A DNA stretch of 64,000 bases, taken from NCBI GenBank assembly GCA_964016885.1, contig OZ024743.1:112778001-112842000 (forward strand), given 5' to 3'. Origin of the DNA: Eledone cirrhosa. Taxonomy: Eukaryota. Positions 27,201-38,131 of the stretch are shown piece after piece. Under the pieces are notes generated by a model. It worked only from the letters and a program-made list of their open reading frames with translations. It was not told the origin of the DNA and did not search any database. Position numbers and translations under genes: made by a program. Each line of letters begins with the position of its first letter. Position 1 is the first letter of the stretch.

Positions 27201-29156
27201 AGTATTGACCCCAGTACTGATCAGCTCCATTTTTTTTACTCTACTTCGATAGGAAGAAAGAAGTGTGAACCCGGGCAAGTTTTGAACTCAAAGGGCGTAG
27301 ACCCGAACAGAATACTGCAAATAATTCAACGATTTTTCCAATTCATGACCTATTGTATATAACTACAACCCACTAATATTAGAATCAGATCGCAAATTGT
27401 GTATGTATGGAGTCATAACTCCTAATGGAGTCGTAGATGAGCCGTAATAACATACAGCGTCTCTTAGACATTTAATACCTCGCTGAGCCCCTCCTTTCTC
27501 CAGATCTGAATACAACCGGTTTCGTCCAGAGAAGCAGAGATAATTAGTGAAAAAGAGAGAATTAGAGAGAAAGGGAGAGAGAAGTGGGAAGTGAGCAAGA
27601 GATATAGAAGTAGAAACGAACCCAGTGCTGGAATGGTACTTGTTTTTATCAACATTGAAAAGCTGAACGGAAGAGTTGACCACCGTAGGCTTTGAAATCA
27701 GATCGTAGAGAGCGGAACCGACTACCGCACAGCATTCTATCTGGCGTTCCAACTTCTCTACTAATTCACTACCTACTGTATATAATTACAACCCGCTTAT
27801 ATAAGATTCGGATCACTAATTATATGCATGTATGTAACTTCATACACTTTTATTTTTTTTATCTTGAAAGAATGACAGCCAAATTTGATCTTGGTGGATT
27901 CTGAAATAAGATCGAAAAGAGATGGAAAGAATACCACAAAACATTTTAATGTATCTGTCTATTCGCCATCTAGCCCGCGGTTATGAGAACGAGATCACTA
28001 ATTATATATTGACTTTTAACGAAGAGCAACATTTCTTTCCTTTGAATGTGGTAGAAATGGGATTTTGTAATATTCATATCGCTCCCAAAAGTATCGTTGA
28101 TATAAGTAAATTAAGATAGGTTTAACGGAGATTTAAAGCTTCGTCAGAATCTTAGATATCTACAAAGGTTTCTCTATATTTACGTTATTATTCACAAAAT
28201 GTCCCGCATATATAGAAAGAATTTTTGTTAGTTGTTATCTATATCGAATAAAGAAATAGAGTAAACGTTAATGGGAAGTGGCTGTGAGAATAAGGAGAGG
28301 GGTGATGATGATGATGATGATGATGATTATGATGATGATGATGATGATGAGGAGGAGGAGGAGGAGGAGGAGGAGGAGGAGGAAGAGGAAGGGGTCTATT
28401 TTGAAATATAAGTTACTTATACAATGATTCTGTTGTTTATATTGTTGAATATTGTTTCTGCTTGATGCAGTTTATAACTAGATGAGTTAAATTTCTAATA
28501 ATGATTTGCATAATACCCTTAGTACAGAGCTGTACTAGGGATCAAATGAGAACTGTTGACACATCGGTAAAATGTTGGTAACATATTGGTAACAGATTGG
28601 TAACGTATCGACTTCACTAACGTCGACTATTTAAAGTTAACCACGAGTAAACATTAGTTGACCCACCACATTGAGTAATTGTCAAATAGTTTGTAAAATC
28701 ATATTTACTTATATAAAACTTAACAGTAAACTAAACTACATCCATCACTCATAATAGAGTATGATTTGGTAGTATGTACCATGCTTTCGCTAAGAGCTTG
28801 AAATGTCCGTGCAGTTTTAAGTTGACAGTCCCCTTCTAGGCCCTAACTGCATTGATGCAATAAAACATTTAGGATGTGATAACTGGAATGAGAAAGTGCT
28901 GCACCAGCACTGGGCTGATACTTTATCAAAACACAAAGATGAAAGGTAAATTGGACCTTAGTGGGATTTAAACTCAGGACGTAGAGACACCGACCAAATA
29001 TCCAACGCTGTTACGACTCTACCAAATTGAGCGCCTTTTAAAACACACATGTCTTGCAAGAGCTATCAACATGAATGGGCCTATTATTTTTATATAAAGA
29101 CATTTTTTCCAATTCCATCCCACCCGTCCCCTTAATCTATTTTATTTCTCATTCTT

Positions 29157-29192
29157 TCTTCTGGTGAAGGACTAGCGTCCGAAATGTTAAGA
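29157..29192 (+). ncRNA. Degenerate minimal hammerhead motif
   Basis: tctt-CTGGTGA-a[ggac tagc gtcc]-GAAA-tg-TT-aaga; A6G core change. Confidence 0.45.
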
Positions 29193-29444
29193 CCCTCTTC
29201 CTGCTATATCAAGTGTTAACCTAATATATACCGTACCGATTGTGTTGTTATTTCTGTTTACCTTTTACATATATATATATATATATATATATATGACCAA
29301 AGATTAGTATGGTTCGTTGAATACTCAATGAATACAATTTACAATAGATTAGAAGCAATCAACAGTAGAAGTTTTCCTGCAGTATCTGCCAATACTGGAA
29401 TTGAACAATCAAGACCGTAGCGGTATGTCATATATCAAATGATA

Positions 29445-29510
29445 TATATTGTCTGATGAGGACGTACTGAAAAAACAACACAGTACCTCTGAAATATATA
29501 TAATAAAGTA
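29445..29510 (+). ncRNA. Hammerhead motif with weak stem I, in a (TA)n-flanked segment
   Basis: CTGATGA-ggac[gtactg aaaaaacaaca cagtac]ctct-GAAA-tatata-TA. Confidence 0.5.
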
Positions 29511-29553
29511 TATATTTTGATTATGAGAATATTTTTCATTTGTTAATATGTTG

Positions 29554-29667
<114 letters not shown>

Positions 29668-30119
29668 ATATATGTATATATATATATATATATATAATTG
29701 GATATTTAGTAAAATCGAATTTCTGGCGGTTTGCAAGCAAATTCGGCCTACTTATGAGGTGATGAGTTAGCAAAGCACTCGATAAGTTAAGTCATAACAT
29801 GAGTAATAACATACGTTTAAATACCTTGACAAATATAACATTGTGGTAGGCAAAATCTAACCCACAATAACATACCAAAGTAACGATAGAACTAACAGGT
29901 TGAGAAAAATACACCTGGACAAATCAAACGAGTATACGTTTAAAGTGTTTCTATAAATTCGAAATCAAATATCAGACTTACGTGACTGGCAATAAATGTA
30001 ATCTGAGTTTTTCGAATATTAATAATAACATTCGATTCGTTTGCAATTATGCAAACAAGCCTCAATTTTATGTGCCATGTCCGTAGAATAAACCCTTCAT
30101 TCCTGCTTTGTGTTGGCAT

Positions 30120-30185
30120 GTGAACAGAACTGCAGACACTAATATTTCCGTGTATCACCCTTCATCAGTACAGCTCACTGTTCAC
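30120..30185 (-). ncRNA. Type I hammerhead ribozyme between inverted repeats 29992-30126 / 30217-30352
   Basis: gtgaacagtgagctgta-CTGATGA-aggg[tgatacac]g-GAAA-tattagtg-TC-tgcagttctgttcac; long stem I. Confidence 0.8.
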
Positions 30186-30374
30186 CTGCCAAACTGTCAG
30201 AGCTAGAGAAAATATATGTTCACATGCCAACACAAAAGCAAGGAATGAAGGGTTCATTCTACTGACATGGCTATAAAATTGAGGCTTGTTTGCATAATTG
30301 CAAACGAATCGAATGTTATTATTAATATTCGAAAATCTCAGATTACATTTATATATATATATATATATATACAT

Positions 30375-30422
<48 letters not shown>

Positions 30423-30579
30423 TTGCCGGTCCAGCAAAAATTGAAAATTAGAATTGGTGCTCTGAAATAGCGATATATATATATATGAAAGCTGGACCGG
30501 CAACCGCTCTGTATAATCAATTCCTGATTATTACTGGAATTCTATAAGAATCCAGCATTCATAATTTTCAGCAGGCAAC

Positions 30580-30641
30580 GGGAGTGCTAAGCTCTGAGGA
30601 GTATCAACAGTACGAAACAGGGATCTGTCAGCTTATCTCCC
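30580..30641 (+). ncRNA. Canonical type I hammerhead ribozyme in a 320-bp tandem unit
   Basis: gggagtgctaagct-CTGAGGA-[gta tcaacag tac]-GAAA-[cag ggat ctg]-TC-agcttatctccc; all three stems pair, GUC triplet. Confidence 0.85.
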
Positions 30642-30825
30642 TTTGTTTGCTGAAAAAAGAAGTAAGTGACATAGTCACTACTTTAAAACAATAGCGTAAG
30701 GTCTTCAAAATGCTTTTAATTAAGCATACAGTGTATTGCAGAATACACTATATATACATTCATATATATATATCGCTATTTCAGAGCACCTATTCTAATT
30801 TTCAATTTTTGCTGAACCGGCAACC

Positions 30826-32801
30826 GCTCTGTATAATTTTTTTCTCTGTTCCTGGCTTGTAATCACTTTTTTTGTGTTGCTTAGGTCCCAAATAAATAAT
30901 AAAAAAGTGCTATTAAACATTTAAAAGTTTGGCTTTGTAAAAATTCTAAGCCATTCACTAGAAATATTTGTATGCTGGATTTTACGTTGTATGTAAGTTT
31001 AATTTGCTTATGTTAAATGATTTTTTTATATATGTTTCAGGTTAAATTAAAATTATAAAATAAAGAGTAATACCTAAAAAAAATTATAAAAATGCAATAA
31101 AGTATAAAATTATTAAAAAGTGGATTAAAGAGATTTATTGATACTGGATTTTCGCAGCCTGAATAAAGGGTAAGTTGTGTTTTAAGCACGCATTTTCATT
31201 AGTATGATTAGTGTTCTTTTATATTATTTAAATATGTATTTCCCTTTCCAATATTTATTTTGTATTGCATATCAAATTTATTTTCCAAGACAAGTATTCT
31301 AATGAAGAGGAGGAGATGAATGCTGAGGACTTGGATTACCTGCCTGAGGTACCAGAAAAAGTTCCTCACTTCCCAAACCAAAGAAGTCAATGACTTGGTG
31401 AGGGATATGGGTCTGCGCAAGTCCATTGCAGAGCTATTCGTCTCCAGGATGAAGCAGTGGAACTTGGTCAAGGAGGAAGTGCAGGTGACAAGTCAGAGAA
31501 GTCGACACGAACCTTTCTCAGGCTTTTACACTCTTAGGGATGGCCTCTGCTTCTACCATGACGTGCCTGGACTGTTTGACGTTATTGGGGTGCCGTTTGT
31601 GCCCAAGGAGTGGCGGCTATTTATAGACAGCTCCACCACAAGTTTGAAGGCTGTCCTCTTCCACAATTGAAACAAGTTCCCGACACTGCTCCTAGCTCAT
31701 TCAGTCTGCCTGAAGGAAGATGACTACAGTGTGAAAGTCCTCTTGGAAGCTCTGCAATACAACCAGTACAATTGGGAAATCATTGGAGATGGTGGCTTTC
31801 CTGCTTGGACTCCAAGGAGGCTTTATCAAATTCCAATGCTTCCTCTGCCTTTGGGACAGCAGAGCCACCTCTGACCACTATAAAAGAAAGAACTAGGAGC
31901 AGCGAACAGAATGTGTAGTTGGGACTCGGAACGTCATGTGAGAGCCACTGGTTGATCCCAGGATTGTGCTCATGCCGCCACTGCACATTAAGTTGGGGTT
32001 GATGAAGCAGTTTGTAAAGGGTTTCAACCAAGAATCAGCCGCTTTTAAGTACCTTCTTGAGTTCTTCCCCAAGTTATCTGAGGCCAAAATCAAAGGTAGA
32101 ATTTCTGTTGGACCACAGATAAAGAAGGTGTTTGAGTCTACCGAGTTCTCCAATAAGCTAAATAGGATTTAGAGAACAACATGGAACTGTTTCAAGGCAG
32201 TTGTTAATGGCTTCCTGGCCAACTACAGAGCTGAAAACTACCAGCAACTGGTGCAGGATCTGATAAAGGCTTTTGGCGCCATGGGATGCAGGATGTCGCT
32301 TAAACTCCATATGCTGGACGCTCACCTGGAAAATTTCAAGGACAATATGGGCACCTATTCAGAAGAACAAGGCGAACGAATCCACCAAGATGTGAAAGAG
32401 ATAGAGCGGAGGTACCAGGGCCACTACAATGAAAACATGATGGGGGACTATATCAGGGGGCTAGTGCGGAAATGCAACCTGGACTACAACCGCAAATCCA
32501 GGAAATCCAGTCATTTCTGACGTGTATAAGTTGCGTTATAAGTTTTATTTGTTTTTACTTGTTTGCTTTTAATAAGCTTGTGTAATAAAATATATATATA
32601 CTCTGTTGATTTAATTATATGAACTGATAAATTTTTTAAAATGTGTTTTTTCTTGAAAAATATGAAAATTTCGAAATATCAAACTTCTGAACACAAACCC
32701 AAACTTTTCATTATTATAATAGTGTTCTTTTATAATAATGAGATATAACAAACCAGGAAATAATACTTAGAATCGGGGAACAAATAATATATTACACGGT
32801 G
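30826..32801 (+). mobile_element. Decayed Chapaev3-like (CMC superfamily) DNA transposon
   Basis: Transposase motifs WRLFIDSS..SLKAVLFHN, PPLHIKLGLMKQFVK, MSLKLHMLDAHL, SEEQGERIHQD; right end ...TTACACGGTG; interrupts a repeat unit that resumes at 32802. Superfamily assigned from recall of these motifs. Confidence 0.75.
31320..32520 (+). pseudogene. Disrupted DDE transposase
   Basis: ORF pieces 31320-31670, 31966-32172 and 32251-32520 separated by stops and frameshifts. Confidence 0.85.
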
Positions 32802-32855
32802 ATAATCAGTTCCTGATTATTACTGGAATTCTATAAGAATCCACATCCATAATTT

Positions 32856-33294
32856 ACAGAGGATGCAACAAAAAAAGAAACAATGAAAAATTCCCCAATA
32901 GGGGGGAGACTTCCGAGGGACATTTGTGGGGAAAGCCCATTAAAAAGCCACGTTGACCCTGACCACCGGGGCAAGTGCCCTCTCCCAGTTTTCCACCTTC
33001 AATTCACAGGCGCATACTCAGAGTAGGCCCAATAACTCGGGCCATGCTTGCCTCTCTCACCCATCTTTCAACAAAATGCTGCGAAGAGAGTTCTTCCCTC
33101 TCTACCCTTTCCTTTTCAAATGGAATTTGAAAAAGTTAATCAGGGATACAGCGGAGAGGTAAGTGCTCGTCTTCAGCCCTTTCAACCGCGCCCACCACAC
33201 TATCTCTTTTGCCATGGCCACCAGACAGATAAAAACTGTTGCCCTTCACGGCTAAAGGAGGAGGGCGGGACAATCCTCACGATGGACTCAGCTG

Positions 33295-33295
<1 letters not shown>
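32856..33295 (-). mobile_element. Tx1-type LINE 3' fragment
   Basis: Colinear with 34525-34968. Confidence 0.85.
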
Positions 33296-33356
<61 letters not shown>

Positions 33357-34382
33357 CTCTACCTAAGGAGATCTGAGGGTGGAAGAGGTCTTATCAGCAT
33401 AGAGGACTGTGTTCAGATGGAGAAAAACAACCTATACAAATACGTGACCTATAGTAAGGAGCCAATGCTCAGAACTGTACTGAAGGAGGGGACAGTAGGC
33501 CAGGGGATGTCCAAGTAGGAAATAACATCAAGGAGGAAGAGCAGCCTTAAGGGAAAATCCCTTCATAGTACCTTCTTTGAGAAAACTGAATTTAGAGATC
33601 CACAGACATGGAACTGGTTGAGAAGAGGAGACCTCAAAAAGGCTACAGAAGGAATGCTAATGGCTGCGCAGGAGTAGGCCCTCAAAACGAAGTGGTTGAA
33701 GCACCATATCTACAAGGAGGAGGCTAGCCCACTGTGCAGGATCTGTGGAGAGAGAGAGGAGACTGTGGCTCACATTGTGTCCGAGTGTAAACACCTAGCC
33801 CAGACCCACTATAAGGGCTCCAGACACGATGTGATGGGCAGGGTAATCCACTGGCACCTGTGCAAAGTAAACAATTTACCACATTCTGAGAAATGGTATG
33901 AGCATAGGCCAGAGGCGGTGATGGAGAACAATCAGGTGAAGGTGCTGTGGGATTTTAGGATACAGACGGACAAAAAACTGGAACACAATAGACCTGACCT
34001 GGTGGTTGTGGACAAAGAAAAAAGATCGTGTCTGATTGTGGATGTGGCCTGCCCGTTCGACACGAGAGTGCAAGAGAAGGAGAGGGAGAAAATTAACCGA
34101 TACCAGGACCTAAAGTGGGAGGTGAAAAGGATTTGGAACTGCCATGAAGTCAAAGTGATCCCGATTGTCATAGGCGCACTGGGGACTATCTCCAAAAGTT
34201 TCCAGGGATGGTTAAAGAAAATCGGCCCCTTCACGCTTTTTGGAACGCTTCAAAAGGCATGCTTGCTTGGAACAGCAAGAACCCTCCGATACGTCCTGAA
34301 TATCTGAGGCTGCAGGTAGTGGCTTGATATTCAATCCAACGGACTTTCCAGTTGACCAACATCAATGACTGAGATTCAAGGA
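33357..34382 (+). mobile_element. 5'-truncated R4/Dong-type RLE LINE flanked by (TAA)n on both sides
   Basis: LYLRRSEGGRGL, CRIC..ETVAHIVSEC, RHD, NRPDLVVVDK..IVDVACPFD, PIVIGALG. Confidence 0.9.
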
Positions 34383-34390
34383 ATAACAAC

Positions 34391-34430
<40 letters not shown>

Positions 34431-34672
34431 TTTTCTTTATTAACCACAAGGGTTTACATAAAGTAGACATTAAGGACAGTACAGGACAATACAGGACGGT
34501 ACAAATGGGCATTTCTGCGTGTAAAAAAACCGAGGTTGAAATAAAATAACAAAGAAAAATTCCCCAATAGGGGGGAGACTTCCGAGGGACATTTGTGGAG
34601 AAAGCCCATTAAAAGACCACAGTGGCCCTGACCACCAGGGCAAGTGCCCTCTCCCAGTTTTCCACCTTTAAT

Positions 34673-37600
34673 TTACAGACACATACTCAGAGAAGGCCCA
34701 TTCATTCGGGCCATACTTGCTTCTCTCACCCATCTTTCAACAAAATGCTGGGAAGAGAGGACTTCCCTCTCTACCCTGATTTTCCTTTTCAAATGAAATT
34801 TGAAAAAGTTAATCAGGGCATCACCGAAGAGGTAAGTGCTAGTCTTCAGCCCTTTCAAACGTGTCCACCATACTATCTCTTTCGCCATGGCCACCAGACA
34901 GATAAAAACTGCCTGCCCTTCCCGGCTAAAGGAAGGGGACGGGGCAATCCTCACGATGGACTCAGCTGATAGCTGGATCCGTCCTACACGTGGCAGCAGG
35001 TGTTCGACATAAACCCACAAGTCAGCAATGCTCGGACACTGGACGAGTGCGTGCAGGACGGTTTCGTCGCCCTGCGCGCATCTCGGACATGCCCGGCTGA
35101 CTGCACCTCCATGCCTGTAGAGTTTATCCCGAACTGGCAAAGCTCCTCGGTAGCACTGCCAGGCCAGGGATTTCTGGAAGTTGTCCATAGGCCCCGGCCC
35201 GAAAGTCCTTCCGAAGAGATTGGATAGTTGATTTTCGTCGACGCCTAGAGTTTCTCCAAGTACGTCGTCGCTCTTCCCCTCCACTAATCCCCTATAGAAC
35301 GCCAAGGTGGAGTTTCCACCGATCACATTGCCCGATTGGTCGAGGGCTGTGAGCGCCTGAAGACATTCCAGTCTCCAAGCGTTCCCTCTCGGTCTTCGCT
35401 TGACCCAGGACTGCAGCTCCGTCAAGGAGACGAGCTGGGGAAAAATGCGTCTAGCAAAGGGCGACCACACCTGATCACCGTCGAGGAAGAGGTAGAGATG
35501 TCGTAGCCTGAGCGCGTGTCTGCGCATCTTCAGCCACGGCATGCCCAGCCCTCCACGTAGCGGGTGTTGACAGCAGATGGACCGCCTGACCATCGGAGCA
35601 CGTCCCTTCCACAAGAAGCGAAACAGCAAACGCTCCAGCGCAGTCAGGCGGGGCTTAGGACAAGGTACGACGGTCAGGCGGTAGTAGATGACGGATGCGA
35701 TGTACGCATTCGCCACCTCCGCTCGACCTTTCAGGGATAGCTTCCTCTCGGCCCAGTTCTGGGTGAGAGAAGCCACCCTGCTGGTCACCTCGTCCCAGTT
35801 TTTGTCCGTCTGGAGGTCTGGACCGAACCAGACCCCTAGCAATTTAACCGGTCCGTCCGTCCAGCGCCCGACGACGCTGTTGGACGGCATGGACCTGCCT
35901 CTCCAGGTGCCAAGCTGCAGGCCCACTGACTTTTCCTGGTTGATCATTGCTCCTGTCACCGCTTCATATTCTCTTAGTGTAGTGCCGATCGCCTCGATGT
36001 GTTTGGCGTTCGACACCACTACGGTGACATCGTCGGCATATGCTGACACGGATCTTCCGCATTCTAGTTCGCGCGGGACCCCGCTCAACGTCTCCAGTTT
36101 GTGCAGTAATGGCTGGAGACTCAATACGTACAATAGGGACGAGAGGGGACATCCTTGGCGGACCGAGCGCATGATGTTGAACGGTTCCGAAAGGTGACCG
36201 TTCACTCTCACTACAGAGCAGATGTCGCTGTGCATGGCAGCGATCCAGCCTCTGAAGACGGACCCAAAGCCAGCCGCCCTCAGGACTGCCGCTAGGTAAC
36301 GATGGTCGACCCTATCGAAGGCTTTCGACTGATCTAAATTGATCAAAGACCCACCCGTGCCAGGTTCCCTAGCTACCCTCTCTACGATGTATCGCATGAG
36401 GTGGAGGTTGTCGTGGATGGATCTGTCGGGAATGGCGCATGTCTGTGCCTCTCCCACCAGTCCACCAACGACAAGCGCCAACCTCTTTGCTAGCACCTTG
36501 GCCAAAATCTTGAACTCTGTGTTTAGCAGAGTTATGGGCCTAAAATGATCTATGTTATCCCCCTTGTTCGGATCCTTTCTCAGCAGCGCCACCGCTCCTC
36601 GGCTCACAGAGCTGGGAATTCTCCCGTTCTGTTGCCAGTTGCAGTAGACGTCCGCCAAGAGGCCTCCGAACAAGTCTGGCATCTGTACGTAAAGTTCATA
36701 GGGCAGACCATCCAAACCAGGCGATTTACCCCTTGTGCAACTAGTCATTGCATCCCGTACTTCAGTGGTTGTTATCGGCTTTTCGCAACACTCCGCCTCA
36801 GTGGCCGAAAGCCGCGGCAGTCCGTCGAGGTAGACACTAAAGTCCATCCCTCGATCCGGTCCGCCACTGCCCCCGAACAGTTGAGCGAAGTGTCGCTGAA
36901 AAGCTTCACACATTTGCCCGGGATCGAGTAGCATGCGTCCGTCGTGGTCCACCAAAGACCGGATCGTGGCTTTGTTGCCACGACGCGCCTCCGCCACTCG
37001 GGCCCATTGAACGGCTTTCGTCCCCTCGTGTCTGAGAGCACGCACCCTAGCTCTGACAACGCAGCCTTCGTGCTTTGCATTGAAGAATTGGTCAAGGGCC
37101 AATTTCGCCGCAAGTACGTCGGTCGCGATGCCTTTGCTAAGCGCCTCATCTAATTTTCTAACTAATTCTCTCTCTGCTCTATTTTTCTCTATTGCTAAAG
37201 TCTTACTAAACCTAATGGACTCTATTCTAATTGCTCTTTTCAGAGCAAACCACCACTTGTTGTTGACGATGGCCCCCGTCAACGCCCGCTTAACTAGTTC
37301 GCTAATCCGGTCTCTGTAGGCCTTGCGCGCTGGTAAGGACGCGTTTAGCTTCCAGTAGCCGGGTCCTCGTCTATGAAGCCTATCTAAGTCAAGCACACAG
37401 ATCACGAATTTGTGGTCGGTGTAGCTGACTATCTTGAATTGTGGACAGCCTATGCTAGACCTATCTATTTCCCTGCAAAATACTCTATCTAGATATGATC
37501 TGGATGACCCTATGCGATTTGTCCAAGTCCACATTGGTACATTCGGGAAATCCATTCGGTACCTGTCAGACAGTTCAAAACGTCTGAGCAGGTTGGTGAG

Positions 37601-38131
37601 ACTCTTGCACCCTCCTTCCCTATCCACTAATCCCACACAATCCCAGCGTGCATCTAAGATCCCGTTCCAGTCGCCCACTAACACTAAAGAGCGGGACGTT
37701 CCAAGAAAGGTCTCCAGACGCCGGAAGAAATCAGGCCGCCCTGCTCCTGTCGGAGCATAGACGGCCACTAAACTGAAAGCTTGCCCGTCTCCGCTGGTCA
37801 CGTCCAGCAGCACCAACTTACCTTCTGGGTCCAGGAAGATGGCCCGTATGGCAAGATCCAAACCTCTCCGAAAAAGCACAGCAACTCCTCCCCCCGATCC
37901 CGGACGGCTGGGAGATGCGTACACATCGTAGCCGCCGAAGATCGGTGCGAAAGCCTGTGCTTCGGAGATTCTGGTCTCGCTGATGGCCACTACATCTATG
38001 TTTAGTGACCTGAGGTCGTTGAGCAGGTGGCCCTGCTTCCATGACGACCCCAAGCCACGCGCATTTATGCTGCCTATTCTGAGTGAGGTAATGTTGAAAA
38101 GGAGTGGAAAAGATGGGAAAGACCACTTACC
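34673..38131 (-). CDS. LINE ORF2: AP endonuclease + reverse transcriptase + C-terminal zinc finger (no AUG at the N-terminus)
   Basis: IGSINARGL, ISETR, VYAP, GDWN, SYLDRVF, TDH; KSPGLDGL, FRPITLLN, DQSKAFDRVDH, VRQGCPLS, AYADD; CPRC..ETVLHALVQC. Frame open from 38131. Confidence 0.92.
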   Translation of the reverse strand, partial: GKWSFPSFPLLFNITSLRIGSINARGLGSSWKQGHLLNDLRSLNIDVVAISETRISEAQAFAPIFGGYDVYASPSRPGSGGGVAVLFRRGLDLAIRAIFLDPEGKLVLLDVTSGDGQAFSLVAVYAPTGAGRPDFFRRLETFLGTSRSLVLVGDWNGILDARWDCVGLVDREGGCKSLTNLLRRFELSDRYRMDFPNVPMWTWTNRIGSSRSYLDRVFCREIDRSSIGCPQFKIVSYTDHKFVICVLDLDRLHRRGPGYWKLNASLPARKAYRDRISELVKRALTGAIVNNKWWFALKRAIRIESIRFSKTLAIEKNRAERELVRKLDEALSKGIATDVLAAKLALDQFFNAKHEGCVVRARVRALRHEGTKAVQWARVAEARRGNKATIRSLVDHDGRMLLDPGQMCEAFQRHFAQLFGGSGGPDRGMDFSVYLDGLPRLSATEAECCEKPITTTEVRDAMTSCTRGKSPGLDGLPYELYVQMPDLFGGLLADVYCNWQQNGRIPSSVSRGAVALLRKDPNKGDNIDHFRPITLLNTEFKILAKVLAKRLALVVGGLVGEAQTCAIPDRSIHDNLHLMRYIVERVAREPGTGGSLINLDQSKAFDRVDHRYLAAVLRAAGFGSVFRGWIAAMHSDICSVVRVNGHLSEPFNIMRSVRQGCPLSSLLYVLSLQPLLHKLETLSGVPRELECGRSVSAYADDVTVVVSNAKHIEAIGTTLREYEAVTGAMINQEKSVGLQLGTWRGRSMPSNSVVGRWTDGPVKLLGVWFGPDLQTDKNWDEVTSRVASLTQNWAERKLSLKGRAEVANAYIASVIYYRLTVVPCPKPRLTALERLLFRFLWKGRAPMVRRSICCQHPLRGGLGMPWLKMRRHALRLRHLYLFLDGDQVWSPFARRIFPQLVSLTELQSWVKRRPRGNAWRLECLQALTALDQSGNVIGGNSTLAFYRGLVEGKSDDVLGETLGVDENQLSNLFGRTFGPGPMDNFQKSLAWQCYRGALPVRDKLYRHGGAVSRACPRCAQGDETVLHALVQCPSIADLWVYVEHLLPRVGRIQLSAESIVRIAPSPSFSREGQAVFICLVAMAKEIVWWTRLKGLKTSTYLFGDALINFFKFHLKRKIRVEREVLSSQHFVERWVREASMARMNGPSLSMCL

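Noticed and set aside
27505-27540. GAAACCGGTTGTA on the minus strand (hammerhead 3' half); similar fragments near 22298 and 59507
   Set aside because: No recognisable CUGANGA core or supporting symmetry.
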